Shown: one piece after another, positions 12,638-25,079 of the stretch
Numbering within the stretch: position 1 is the first letter of the stretch
Layout of the letters: each line of letters begins with the position of its first letter
Assembly (NCBI GenBank): GCA_030390025.1
Contig: CM059433.1
Coordinates: 30,382,001-30,446,000, forward strand
DNA: 64,000 bases
Reading direction: 5' to 3'
Source: Squalus acanthias
Lineage: Eukaryota
Translations under genes and position numbers: made by a program
Notes under the pieces: generated by a model
What the model was told of the DNA's origin: nothing
The model's database searches: none
What the model saw: the letters and a program-made list of their open reading frames with translations, nothing else

Positions 12638-13389
12638 GGCCTAGAAATTTGGCCGCGCAGTGCTCATTTTTTGGGCGCTACATGGCCTCCTAAGCTTCCA
12701 GTATGGCGGGCAGGAAGGGCACGCTCATTACGAGTCAGAAGTGCGCTGGCCGCCATATTGGCAAAGGGCAAAACGTCGTCGTGCAGTGCCCATGCCTGAA
12801 GCAGGAGTTGAGCCTTTTGTATATGTAAATAAGGGGTGTAACGCCTGTTTGAGGCCCCCTCTGCAAGATTGAACTCAGGAAAACCAGGCCTACATGCAGC
12901 CTAACCAACGGCCCTTAAAGTGGACGCTGCAGGCTGCCACCAACAAGGTAAGTGTTTAAAATGCACTTACCTGAATGTGGAGCTAGGAGAAGCAGGAGTT
13001 TTCCTTCGGACCTCAAATTCAAACCTCGCGGGCGTGTATCGGAGACCGATCTCCTTATAACCCCCCTACCCCTTGCGCTGCCACTTCCCCCCACCAAACG
13101 CCAATACATCCCCTCTCCCCCCCTACCCTGGCCACAGATACCTCCCTATCCAGTTTTCCCCCTCCCTTCCTCAATTACCCAAGGCCAGTTGCGATGCCAG
13201 CAACGGCCCGATCTTCCATTGTGCTTCGCCAGCGAGCCGCCTGTTGCTCTCCGCAGCGGACCGGCTCAGTGGAGGTTAGACCCGAGGTCCAATATCGTGG
13301 GTACCTCAGGCCTCACCATTCAGGCATGGGGATTTATTCTTGTGTCCCCCACGCACCTAAACAGGGGCGGGACCCAAATTTCTAGAGCC
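12638..13389. mobile_element. Harbinger-type MITE
   Basis: TIRs GGCCTAGAAATTT / AAATTTTCTAGAGCC with 3-bp TSD cca/cca (12635-12637, 13390-13392). Confidence 0.75.
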
Positions 13390-13564
13390 CCATACCTTTT
13401 AGAATGTTTATCTTTGCCTTGAGATCTAGGTAAACTTTTGGTAATGTGCCTGGTTACACGAACAGCAAGTCCTGTTTGACAGTTACTTTCAGGTATTGGA
13501 CTATCTCATGCCTCCATAAGATCTCACGTCAGTCTTTAAAAGCTATAACCCTAAAATTGCACCA

Positions 13565-14108
13565 TCCTGCGGCGAGTGACTCACCTCCTGACTTCCCAAA
13601 GCCTCTCCAAGGATGATGGAATATTCGCCACTTGCTTGATGAGCGCAGCTCCAACGCCATCCAGGACAACACAGACTTGATCAGCACTCCATCCACCACC
13701 TTAAAAATACACTCCCTCCACCACTGGTAAAACGTGACTGCAGTGTGTACCATCTACAAGATGCACTGCAGTAACTCACACAGGCTTCTCCGGCAGCACC
13801 TCCCAAACCCGTGACCTCTACCACCTAGAAGGACAAGGGCAGCAGGAGCATGGGAACACCACCACCTCCAAGTTCCCCTCCAAGCCACACACTATCCTGA
13901 CTTGGAAATATATCGCTGTTCATTCATTGTCACTGGGTCAAAATCCTGGAACTCCTTACCTAACTGCATTGTGGGAGTACCTTCACCACACGGACTGCAG
14001 CGGTTCAAGAAGAAAGCTCACCACCACCATCTCAAGGGCAACTAAGGATGGGCAATAAATGCTGGCCTTGCCAGCGACACCCACATCCCGAGAATATATT
14101 AATAAAAA
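13565..14108 (+). mobile_element. 3' fragment of CR1-group LINE (same family as 22365-24045)
   Basis: CAGTGTGTACCATCTACAAGATGCACTGCAG..GGACTGCAGCGGTTCAAGAAG..CTCAAGGGCAACTAAGGATGGGCAATAAATGC. Confidence 0.75.
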
Positions 14109-14502
14109 GGTACTGACGCTGACCCAGGGTTTTTCAGTGATCCAGAAATTTCAACTGCCCAAATTACTTCAAGTCTCTTAGAATGACTGGCTCAATATCA
14201 CCTCCAAGCCAAAGATACCTACAGACAGGGAGAATCTGTTCAACCATTTCCTTGCCTTCCTTCAAAAAAGTCTTTGATTTTGAAACCTCAAATGTATTGC
14301 TTTTAATCAGAAATGCTGTATACAGGTCTTTCACTTCAAGAAATGATAAAATACCATTCCTGCTTAAAATGTGCAACCTTAGCATCTTTTCAAGTTTAGT
14401 TGTATATATCACAGAGCTGCAGTTTTACAGAGCACTGCACAGAAACCTCAGCCTGCAATCAGCTTACCAAAAAATAGGTAAAAAAGATTATGATTATTCC
14501 CC

Positions 14503-15705
14503 ATAAACTTGAGCTCATCCAAAACTCGGCTGCCCGTGTCCTAACTCACACCAAGTCCTGTTCACCCATCACCCCCGTGTCCTAACTCACACCAAGTCCC
14601 GTTCACCCATCACCCCCGTGTCCTAACTCACACCAAGTCCTGTTCACCCATCACCCCCGTGTCCTAACTCACACCAAGTCCCGTTCACCCATCACCCCCG
14701 TGTCCTAACTCACACCAAGTCCTGTTCACCCATCACCCCCGTGTCCTAACTCACACCAAGTCCTGTTCACCCATCACCCCCGTGTCCTAACTCACACCAA
14801 GTCCCGTTCACCCATCACCCCCGTGTCCTAACTCACACCAAGTCCCTGTTCACCCATCACCCCCGTGTCCTAACTCACACCAAGTCCCGTTCACCCATCA
14901 CCCCCGTGTCCTAACTCACACCCAGTCCTGTTCACCCATCACCCCCGTGTCCTAACTCACACCCAGTCCCGTTCACCCATCACCCCCGTGTCCTAACTCA
15001 CACCCAGTCCTGTTCACCCATCACCCCCGTGTCCTAACTCACACCCAGTCCCGTTCACCCATCACCCCCGTGTCCTAACTCACACCAAGTCCTGTTCACC
15101 CATCACCCCCGTGTCCTAACTCACACCAAGTCCTGTTCACCCATCACCCCCGTGTCCTAACTCACACCAAGTCCTGTTCACCCATCACCCCCGTGTCCTA
15201 ACTCACACCAAGTCCTGTTCACCCATCACCCCCGTGTCCTAACTCACACCAAGTCCTGTTCACCCATCACCCCCTGTGCTCACTGACCGACATTGGCTCC
15301 CAATCCAGCAATGCCTCAATTTAAAAATTCTCATCCTTGTCTTCAAATCCCTCCATGGCCTCGCCCCTCCCTATTTCTGTAACCTCCTTCTCCCCTACAA
15401 CCCTCCGAGATCTCTGCGCTCCTCCCATTCTGATCTCTTGTGCATTGCCCGGAACCTTCTTCCCAGCATTCGCAGCCGTGCCTTCAGCCATCTAGACCCT
15501 AAACTCTGGAATGCCCTCCCTAAACCTCTCCGCCTCTCTACCTCTCCTCCTTTAAGACGCTCCTTAAAACCTACCTCTTTCACCAAGCTTTCAGTCACCC
15601 TTCCTAACATCTCCTTCTTTGGCTTAGTGAAAATTTTGTCCGAATACGCTCCTGTGAAGCGCCTTGGGACATTTTATTATGTTAAAGGCGCTATATAAAT
15701 ACAAC
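14503..15705 (+). mobile_element. L2 LINE 3' fragment with internal tandem expansion
   Basis: KLELIQNSAARVLTHTKS.. before the array and ORF 15276-15698 (HWLPIQQ..FKSLHGLAPPYF) after it. Confidence 0.85.
14533..15277. repeat. 41-bp minisatellite, ~18 near-identical copies
   Basis: Unit CCCGTGTCCTAACTCACACCAAGTCC(T/C)GTTCACCCATCACC repeated head to tail without spacers. Confidence 0.95.
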
Positions 15706-16503
15706 TGGTTGCTCTTCTGTCATTTATTTTCCCTTCTGGTGGCTTGGATTCCAGTGGGGATATTCAGAAGAAATGACTATGCCTCACTTAGTCCAGCATC
15801 AGCCTAGGGACACCCACTCTTGAGGAAGTAGTTAATGTGCCCAAAGGATTTTCACTGGGTGAATCATGTGCTAATGGGCACGAGGACCTGGAAGTGGAAG
15901 AGAGAAGACATTTGGGAGAAGGGCACCATATCCTTCTGAAACACATTGCAGCAAGTCTCTGATGATATGCAGATCATCCTGGAGAGAGGGTGACAATCCA
16001 GGAAACCTTGGTAACACCAGGAGAAGCTTGGAAGGACATTGGTGGCTTCTGGAGTGGAAGCCACCAGTGCTCCAGTAGATGCTTTGAGGCTCAGCCTGAA
16101 CATGACTCTTTGAAAAGGCTTCCAGGGCTTGATTGGGAATTTTGCCTATTTAGCCTGAAAGGGATTTTTGGTATCAATTATATTATGTTAGTGGTTATGA
16201 TGTTAGATTTAACTTATCCGGGGTTAGGTCCCAGAGTTGCAATAATCTCTTTTGGCTTCAAATGAAAGAGCCTGTAGTCATTAGACAATGGTGTGATTGG
16301 GAATGTGAATTGTGCTATCTTGAGGGGGAAATGAGGGGAATCCTTAAACTGGGACCATAAGGCCCATCACCTCAAATCCGGCTCCAAAAAAAGGCAAAAC
16401 AGCCCCACCATTCCCCTTTAGTACTCCCCTGTTGCGTTTGAATGTGGTGGACAGGTGTGATCAATGTTCCCACTCCTCTCAAAATGTTACAATTGGAAAT
16501 AAA

Positions 16504-17267
16504 GGCCCAGAATTTGCTGGAGCGGGACATCTCGAGGCCTGCCCCGATAGTTAGATTTTTTTCCTGCATCCTTCAGCTCAAAAGCGTTTTGCCTTGGAAG
16601 TTGCTGGAAGTGCGAGCTGATAGCGAGGGCAACGGGATATCTGGGACCTTGGTGAACGATGGGACCAGCAGCCTAGCTCCTGAACCAATGAGACTTAAGG
16701 ATTCAGAAAGATACAGAGGAACAACTGAGAAGGAAATAGGGCGAATTAGAGTCAAATCAGGTACAGAAAGAGGAATAAAGAGAGGGAAAGATAGATTGGA
16801 TTAAGAGAGAGAGAAACAAGAAACAGAAAGGAAAAATATGAAGAACATGTAATAAAATTAAAATTTTAAATTTTAAAACTCTGTAGGATTAATTTACTAC
16901 CTGTAGGAATGAGCCTCCAGAGTTTTATTCCCTTTCTGGGATGGCGAGGTTGATTGGTATTGCAGGAACATAAATCTCCTTATTAGAAAGGTACTTATAC
17001 TGTTAAGGAGCTGCTCTAACTTTCTGCGACGAGTTTAATTGGAAATTAATGCGCAAATGCAGCAACTTCGTGAAACTCATGGGGAGGTTGAGGATGAGAT
17101 GCCATTTTCACGAGGCTGATGGCGGAGCGGCGCAAATCATCCGGCAACTTGTGGCGATCCGCAACTCACGGAGTATCTTTTCCTTGCGACAAGTTGCTGG
17201 ACAATTTACACGTTAATAACGGCGTGTGCATTAAACTCGCTGTTATTTTGTCAGCACAGGCTGGGCC
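16504..17267. mobile_element. Harbinger-type MITE
   Basis: TIRs GGCCCAGAATTTGCTG / CAGCACAGGCTGGGCC with TSD aaa/aaa. Inverted relative of 2493-3109 and 38138-38540. Confidence 0.7.
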
Positions 17268-20049
17268 AAAGTAATTGCGGCGAAGAAGGTGTATTGTTGG
17301 TAATTAACGCATTGGCGGAGTGACAGGACTCAGTGAAGCCAAAACGGCCTCTCACCACCGTCTCAGCATTTCAGACATTTCGGAATCTGTCGAAGCCCAT
17401 CAGACTCTCCAGCTAGCTCGTCCTCGCTAACTGCGGGAGAGAGACCGCTCACATAGGAACGGCATTGCCACCAATCAGTCACTGGGAACATAATTAGGAA
17501 CCACGGAAAAGCACCTGTGGCCTCATTTGTTAACAATCTCCTGGACCAGTTGGGCGGCACCTGTTGGTTTGCAGCATCACAAAAAAAAACAAGGTCTTCA
17601 ATTATTGTCTGAACAGTGGTATCTGTCTCCAAGGGTACTTTTTCTTTTAAACTGCTAACTCTGGTTACAGCCTCTTCTGAAACATTCCTAACCTTTTCAG
17701 CCTCGGAACAGCGATCAGTGTCTGATTATACAACCCCTCAGCAGTCTCCATAACTCAAAACGATTGATGTGACGCATTAAACATTTGAAATGATTCTAGC
17801 CAGAGGCACTTCTCATGCCCATGGAGAAGAACAGTGGTCAGTCACTTATTTTTTTAATCAATACTGTTACTTTGCAAGAAACTTTACGTCGTCAAAAAAA
17901 AAGTTAACCCGATTCAACTCTTTGACCGTTCAGAAGCTCAGCTGCTTCAAATAATTGGCCTTTACCTTGCTTGTCTCTGTGACAACAGTTTCTACACTTT
18001 GAGAGTAATTAATTCAATGCGCAGCACTTTCAGATGTCCTGAGGACATGATAAGGTGTTGTAGAAGTGTAACTTCATCCTTTATTGAACAGACATGACTG
18101 GAGGTTACAACTGCACAAGAACTGACATGACTATGGGGTCATCAAGTCCCCAAATGTTTTAACTGCTCTTTATAAATGGAATTACTAAACAAACACGCAG
18201 TCTACTTATCAAATCATAGACTCTTACAGCGCAGCAGGAGGTCATTCGGCCCATCGTGCCTGTGCCAGCTCTTTGAACGAGCTGTCCAATTGGTCCCACT
18301 CCCTCGCTTACTATATTTTCACCTAGCTGTGAATTCTCTCTTTAACAGTCGATCTTTTAATGGAATGCTCCAAGCTGCACATACTTGAAAGTAAATCACT
18401 AACCGAACAGCATATTTTTAACATTATGATCTCAAATGGAAAGAAGACTTATTAAAATCAAATGCAAACTAAAAGCCAGAATCTACAGCTTACATCTGAC
18501 TGCTAAATTAAGTTGATAGTCTTTTCTCGTAGAATTATTGAGATGGAATAACGATTGATGAAACCATTTGGGTCCACACTGAGAGTGACGATGAGGAATT
18601 TAAAGAAAAGTTTACTTGTATTTTTGTTACCCACGGAACCGGTTACAATCTTCACAGAATTTAATTTCCTCTGGTAATGCTTTGGCTAATCTATTCGTAT
18701 GAAATTCCTTTGTGCGATATTTTGGTGTGATTAATAATCCATTTAAAATAAAGGGATTAATGATGGTGCTTAAATATCACACAAAGGGATTTTACATCAT
18801 TGCATTAACAAGCGCGCTACCAAAGCTCATTAAATCTGCTGGAGTTTCCAAATGTATATTACTGAGAGAGTTTTAATACATGCTGCATCCTTCATAGTAC
18901 AGCTTAGCGATTTACCAGAGACAACCTGAGTTTGGGTCTTAAAATGCAGAATTTGGGTCTTAAAATGCATAGTTTATGCAAAGTATTAGAAGTCCAGTGC
19001 AAATGGACGTCCAATAATAAAACCTTTAGACATAAGATGTGTTTTTATTCTGTTATCTATTGCGCTACACATCACTGCACAACTCAAATATGGCTGCCAA
19101 GTTTGTCCAAATATTTCCTTGCAAGATCTCCACTATACGTTCCCATAGTTACCATTTTCATACTTCTTAAAGACTTGAATGTTTTGCTAGTCTGGTCCAA
19201 AACGAAACTGCCATCCAGATGGAGATCTTTTTAAATATCATTACCGAACCTATACTTCTGAAAGCGGCAGAGCTCACAATATGGGATGTTCAATTTTTAA
19301 AGAATTAAAAAAAACACCTTTCGTGGGACTCACCAAATCATGAATATTATTAATTAATCATTTCAGTTTTCCTTAATTCCTGATTCTCCCATAGAAAATC
19401 CAAGAGTGAAGTTGAAGGGATGTATACCAACCCCATGTAAAATGCTTCTGAAGCTATCTGACTGCCTTGAAAAACACACACACACACTCGCAGTTCATTC
19501 CCTCAGTGCTGTAGCAAGAGCACAGCTGAAAGCTGCCTGCATGATTTATTGTAACATTGCCTGGGAACTGTAAAGGAATATGTCATTCTTTTTCATTTTA
19601 GTTATATTCTATAGACCAAGGCACTCAAAAGATATCCCAGTAGGAAAACCACAGGGAAACCTGTCACTTTAAGAACGATCAGGCAGAAATCACATGACCG
19701 TCCCTTTATTGTGTCCAGCCACCTTCTTTTCATAAGAAATAGGAGCAGGAATAGGCCACTTGGCCCCTCGAGCCTGCTCCGCAGTTTTCAATTCTCTTCG
19801 TCTTCCAGTCAGCATCAGTCATAATGTAACTCAGTCCACCCTATGAGAAAAGTTGATGCAACAATGACTGGGCTATAAGTGATGGAAAAGCCCTCCAGAG
19901 GACTTGACTGTCTTCTTGTCTACTACCTCTTTAGGTCATTCAAGACATTATCAACTGCTGGGAAGCCTTCTATTTGCAACAAGTGGAAGAGATTCACTCC
20001 CCAGTATCAAGACCAAACTCTGTGCAAATTGTAGCATGAAGTAAGCAAG

Positions 20050-20345
20050 AAAGAGCTTGCATTTAAAGGTGACGTCTAACATCTTACAGAATGCCCCAAA
20101 GTGCTTCGCGGAGCTCACTATTGCTATGTTGATGAATGTGGCAGCCAGTTGCTGCACCACAAGACCCAACAAACACCAACAAGATGAATGTCTAACCAAC
20201 TATTTTTTTTGATGGTGTTGGTTGAGGGAGAGTTGACCAGGAGACTGGATGAATTAAACTGTTGTTTGTCAAGTAGCACTACAGAATCTTTAAAGTCTAC
20301 CTGAGGAGGCAAAAGGGGGCCTTGGTTTAAGGTGTCACCTGAAGG
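20050..20345 (-). mobile_element. Old Deu-domain SINE
   Basis: Degenerate reverse complement of the SINE (GGTGTTGGTTGAGGGA, GGCCTTGGTTTAA). Confidence 0.6.
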
Positions 20346-20581
20346 ACTCCAAATATCTAAGCTACATGAAAGTTTACTCGCTTGAAGGACTTAACTAGCA
20401 ATGTATTAGAATTTCCATGGTGCAGGGTTAGAGGAATAGGGCTCATCTGAGCAGAGTGTAACTTCTGACCCTCCCTTATCAACAACCTTGACTCCATCCG
20501 GAATCCTGGGATCAAGGTCATCTAAATGTTTTGGATGGGTGACTGAGCTGTTAGTGCTTAACTGAGACACCTGCCTGAGTA

Positions 20582-20880
20582 TGGGGGGGTGAGGGGAGGT
20601 GGGGCGGAGGGAGAGGTGGACAGGGAGAGGGAAAGGGAGGAGGGGAAGGGAGGAGGGAAAGGAGGGAGTGAAAGGGAGAAGGGAAAGGCGGAGGGGGAGG
20701 GAGAGGTGGGGAAGGGGAGGGAGAGGTGGAGAAGAGGCGAGCAGAGGGAAAGGAGGGAGGGAAAAGCAAAAGGGAAGGGTGGAGGGGAGAGGGAGAGGCA
20801 GGGAGAGTGAGGGTGAGGCGGGGGAGGGAATTAGGGATAGGGAAGGGGGAGGGAAAGGCAAAGGTGGGTGAAGGGGGAAA
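20582..20880. repeat. Polypurine (G/A) low-complexity tract
   Basis: About 300 nt almost entirely G and A on the + strand. Confidence 0.9.
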
Positions 20881-22364
20881 TTTCGCGTGGGAGGCAGAAA
20901 AGGCATCAACTGCCAGTTCTGGCAATACAATCGATTGCTCGACACAGATATCTCCGGGACCAGCATTGTTAAGGTCGTAAATGAGCGAAGTAAGTCACAT
21001 TACATATTTCCCATATTTACATTGGATTATAATACCCTCGTCCATTTGTGGGTATTATGTACCCACCCTCTGTAAATCCAAAAAGGGCAGAAGCCTGATG
21101 TATAAGGGGGGTATGCCCCAAATTTCACCAATCACTGCCCCTTCACCCGACTTCCAGGGCATGGGGACACTGCCCTCCTTGGCTCCAAAAATTTCGGCCT
21201 CACACACATCTCTTACTGGGTTGCAATAAACTGAAACTATTATTAATTGTATTTGATTTACTCTTGTCTTCATCAGTTGATTAACATTAATCGACCTGTC
21301 TAGTGTTAGTCTAGGAGGAAGAGTCGGAACTGCCAGGAATAATGCTTCAGCTGTGGATCCCTTCCAATGCATATGTATGACAGGTCATCAACTGTGAATC
21401 ACAGGTAGGCAGCCTTCTCGAGAACATCAAAGTTCGACAGTCTCTCCTAATATAATTTTGCATTAACTCACTGGATTGAAAATGCCAAACACCGTGTGGT
21501 GAAGATGTTCTGAGGCACTCTTGTAAAAAGCACAGATTAGAAAAAAAACAAGTATTCAGTTGAGGCTGCCCAAAGGCTTTGCTGTCAGCATCTCTCAATT
21601 GAATATTCATAGGGGTCCAGGCTTGCACCTGATCCTCACTGGCCGTAGCCACGGAGACATCAGTTTGATATTAATACGACTCTGCTTGCGAAGCTCTTAC
21701 CATCTTGCTGCTTTTCCTTTCTATATTTATGCAGATGTAATTTAGTGGTCCAGCTATTACTGTTCATTCTATTTTGATGTAATTTCCCTCTGACACCATT
21801 ACAGTTTGATTGTATTTCTATATCTGCTGGATGCTGCATAACTAGTTATTTTGTCTGTAAATTTCATAGCCAGAAGCAATCTGGATCTTTCCTGATCAGT
21901 CTTACATTCTAAGCCGCGATTGCATGGACGTTTGCACTGATTAGCATTAGTACAGCAGGCAAACCGATTTAGCTTAAAATATTTACTATTTAAAACCCAG
22001 TTCCAATCAGTATGCAGCCCTATATAGTGTGTACACAGAAAGTCATATTTGAACCGCATGTCCTGACGTTGACATTGGGTAGGTTCCTTTGATCACCTTT
22101 TGCTCATTGTTCTAATATTGGCCCAGGCCAGATGTAAGCAATTGGCTTGGGTTCTTCCAGGTGTACATATTCCTCAGTGGCAGTGAAAGCAACACGAAAT
22201 GGGGGGCTAAATGACCCTTTTGCCCTCCTGGATTTCTTATGCTTCTAAAGATTACATTTGATCCCCATTCACATCATCCCTGTATCATTTAATATGATGC
22301 ACTCCACGGGTAGTGAAAGCTGCTGTGCTGACTAGTTAGGGAAGCTCACATTCTACGTTACTTT

Positions 22365-24045
22365 TTAAAATTTCGTTTATGGGATGTGGGCGTCGCTGGC
22401 AATTGCCCTTGAGAAGGTGGTGGTGAGCCGCCATCTTGAACTGCTGCAGTCTGTGTGGTGAAGGTGCTCCCACAGTGCTGTTCGGTAGAGAGATCCAGGA
22501 TTTTGACCCAGCGATGATGAAGGATCGGCTATGTACTTCTAAGTCAGGATGGTGTGTGACTTGGAGGGGAAGTTGAAGGTGGTGGTGTTCCCATGCGCCT
22601 GCTGCCCTTGTCCTTCTAGGTAGAAGAGGTCGCGGGTTTGGGAGGTGCTGCTGAAGAAGCCTTGGCGAGTTGCTGCAGTGCATCTTATAGATGGTACACA
22701 CTGCAGCCACGGTACGCTGGTGGTGGAGGGAGTGAATGTTTAAGGTGGTGGATGGGGTGCCAATCAAGCGGGCTGCTTTGTCCTGGATGGTATCGAGCTT
22801 CTTGAGTGTTGTTGGAGTTGCACTCATCCAGGCAACTGGAGAGTATTCCATCACACTCCTTACTTGTGCCTTGTAGATGGTGGAAAGGCTTTGGGGAGTC
22901 AGGAGGTGAGACACTCGTCACAGAATACCTAGCCTCTGACCTGCTCTTGTTGCCACTGGTCCAATTAAGTTTCTGGTCAATGGTGACCCCCAGGATGTTG
23001 ATGGTGGGGGATTCGGCGATGGTAATGCCGTTGAATGTCATGGGGAGGTGGTTAGACTCTCGCTTGTTGGAGATAGTCATTGCCTGGCACTTCTGTGGCG
23101 CGAATGTTACCTGCCACTTGTCAGCCGAAGCCTGAACGTCGTCCAGGTCTTGTTGCATGCGGGCATGGACTGCTTCATTATCTGAGGAGTTGTGAATGGT
23201 GCTGTACACTGTGCAGTCATCAGCGAACATCCCCATTTCTGACCTTATGTTGGAGGGAAGGTCATTGATGAAGCAGCTGAAGTTGGTTGGGCCTAGGACA
23301 CTGCCCTGAGAAACTCCTGCAGCGATGTCCTGGGGCTGTGATGATTGACCTTCAACCACCACAACCATCTTCCTTTGTGCTCGGTATAACTCCAGCCAGT
23401 GGAGCATTTTCCCCCCGATTACCATTGACTTCAGTTTTACTAGTGCTCCTTGATGCCATACTCAGCCAAATGCTGCCTTGATGTCAAGGTCAGTCACTCT
23501 GACCTCACATCTGGAATTCAGCTCATTTGTCCATGTTTGGACCAAGGCTGTAATGAGGTCGGGAGCTGAATGGTCTTGGCAGAACCCAAACTGGGCATCA
23601 GTGAGCAGGTTTTTGGTGAGTAAGTGCCGCTTGATAGCACTGTTGATGACATCTTCCATCACTTTGCTGATGATTGAGAGTAGACTGATGGGGCGGTAAT
23701 TGGCCGGGTTGGATTTGTCCTGCTTTTTGTGGACAGGACATACCTGGGCAGTTATCCACATTGTCGGATAGATGCCAGTGTTGTAGCTGTACTGGAACAG
23801 CTTGGCTAGAGGCGCGGCTAGTTCTGGAGCACAAGTCTTCAGCACGATAGCCGGGATGTTGTCGGGGCCCACAGCTTTTGCTGTATCCAGTACGCTCAGC
23901 CGTTTCTTGATATCACGTGGGGGGAATCGAATTGGCTGAAGACTGGCTTCTGTGATGGTGGGGACCTCAGGAGTAGGCCGATATGGATCATCCACTCGGC
24001 ACGTCTGGCTGAAGATGGTTGCAAACGCTTCAGCCTTGTCTTTTG
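22365..24045 (-). mobile_element. 5'-truncated non-LTR retrotransposon (CR1-group; possibly Zenon-like), RT domain disrupted
   Basis: ORFs 23462-24106, 22685-23425 and 22336-22914 give KAVGPDNIP, PANYRPISLLS, AQFGF, DIKAAF, GVSQGSVLGP, MFADDC, IYKAQVRSVMEY. Confidence 0.85.
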
Positions 24046-24454
24046 ATAACACAATAAACCTAACATTGGCTTTCATGAGTATTTCTGCAAAGAACAGCGA
24101 TAGCATAACTTTTGCAAGGGAAAGGTGGAGTGGAATCCAATGTCAATTTTTCATGCTTGTCCAGGTTATGGGTTTTCTAATATAAATATAACTAATAACT
24201 GCAATTAGTCACAAAGCAGTATATCTGCATTACTATTCCAGACCTAAATAATCAACATCTTCCGTTGCACCACAAACTCCTAAGTCAACCTTGCTCAATG
24301 CAAATTAAGGAACAGTATTTCATCTTACACCTGAACACTCTTCACCCTAGTCTGAACATTGACTTCAGACCTGAGCAGTGTCCCTGATTTTCTTGCCAGA
24401 TTCTCCTATTCACATTCTACTGTGTTCATCTCCATTTTAGAACTCTTTTTACTT

Positions 24455-24998
24455 CAGCTGCCTAGGCCCTAAGCTCTGGATTTCACTCCCTAAACCTCCC
24501 TGCCTCTCTACCTCTCTCTCCTCCTTCAAGACGCTCTTTAAAACCTACCCCTTTGACCAAGCTTTTGGTCACCTGCCCTAATTTCTCCTTAAGCGGCTTG
24601 ATGCCAAGTATTGTCTGATAACGCTCCTGTGAAGCACCTTGGGACGTTTTACTACCTTAAAGGTGCTATATAAATGCAACTTGTTGTTGTTGCTACGTTT
24701 TCCTACATTTTCCCATCTGCTATCTCAGGTGGAGATAAAAGATTCCACAACACTATTCGAAGAAGAGCAGGGGGGTTCTCCCTGGTGTCCTGGCCAATAT
24801 TTATTGCTCAACCAACTTCACTAAAACAGATTATCTGGTCATTGTCATATTGTTGTTTGTGGAACCTTGCTGTGTACAAAATTGGCTGCCGCGTTTCCCA
24901 CATTACAACAGTGACAACACTTCAGAACTACTTAATTGGCTGTAAAGTGCTTTGGAACGTCTTGAGGTCATGAAAGGAGCAAAAAAAAATGCAAGTTC
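24455..24998 (+). mobile_element. L2 tail (24455-24692) followed by Deu-domain SINE (24720-24998)
   Basis: Matches the other L2 tails and SINE copies in the window. Confidence 0.75.
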
Positions 24999-25079
24999 TT
25001 TCTTTTCTTTCTTTTACTACGGCTACTCTACCTGGTACACCTACACTTACACAGGGTACCAGTCAGTTCGTGACATTTA

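Noticed and set aside
14533..15277. Possible CRISPR-like array
   Set aside because: Head-to-tail repeats with no unique spacers, derived from L2, in vertebrate DNA.
17363..17632. Minus-strand 89-aa ORF as candidate next EYS EGF exon
   Set aside because: Lacks EGF cysteine spacing and convincing splice sites.
20406..20980. Pro-rich and Gly/Arg/Glu-rich ORFs
   Set aside because: Artefacts of the polypurine tract.
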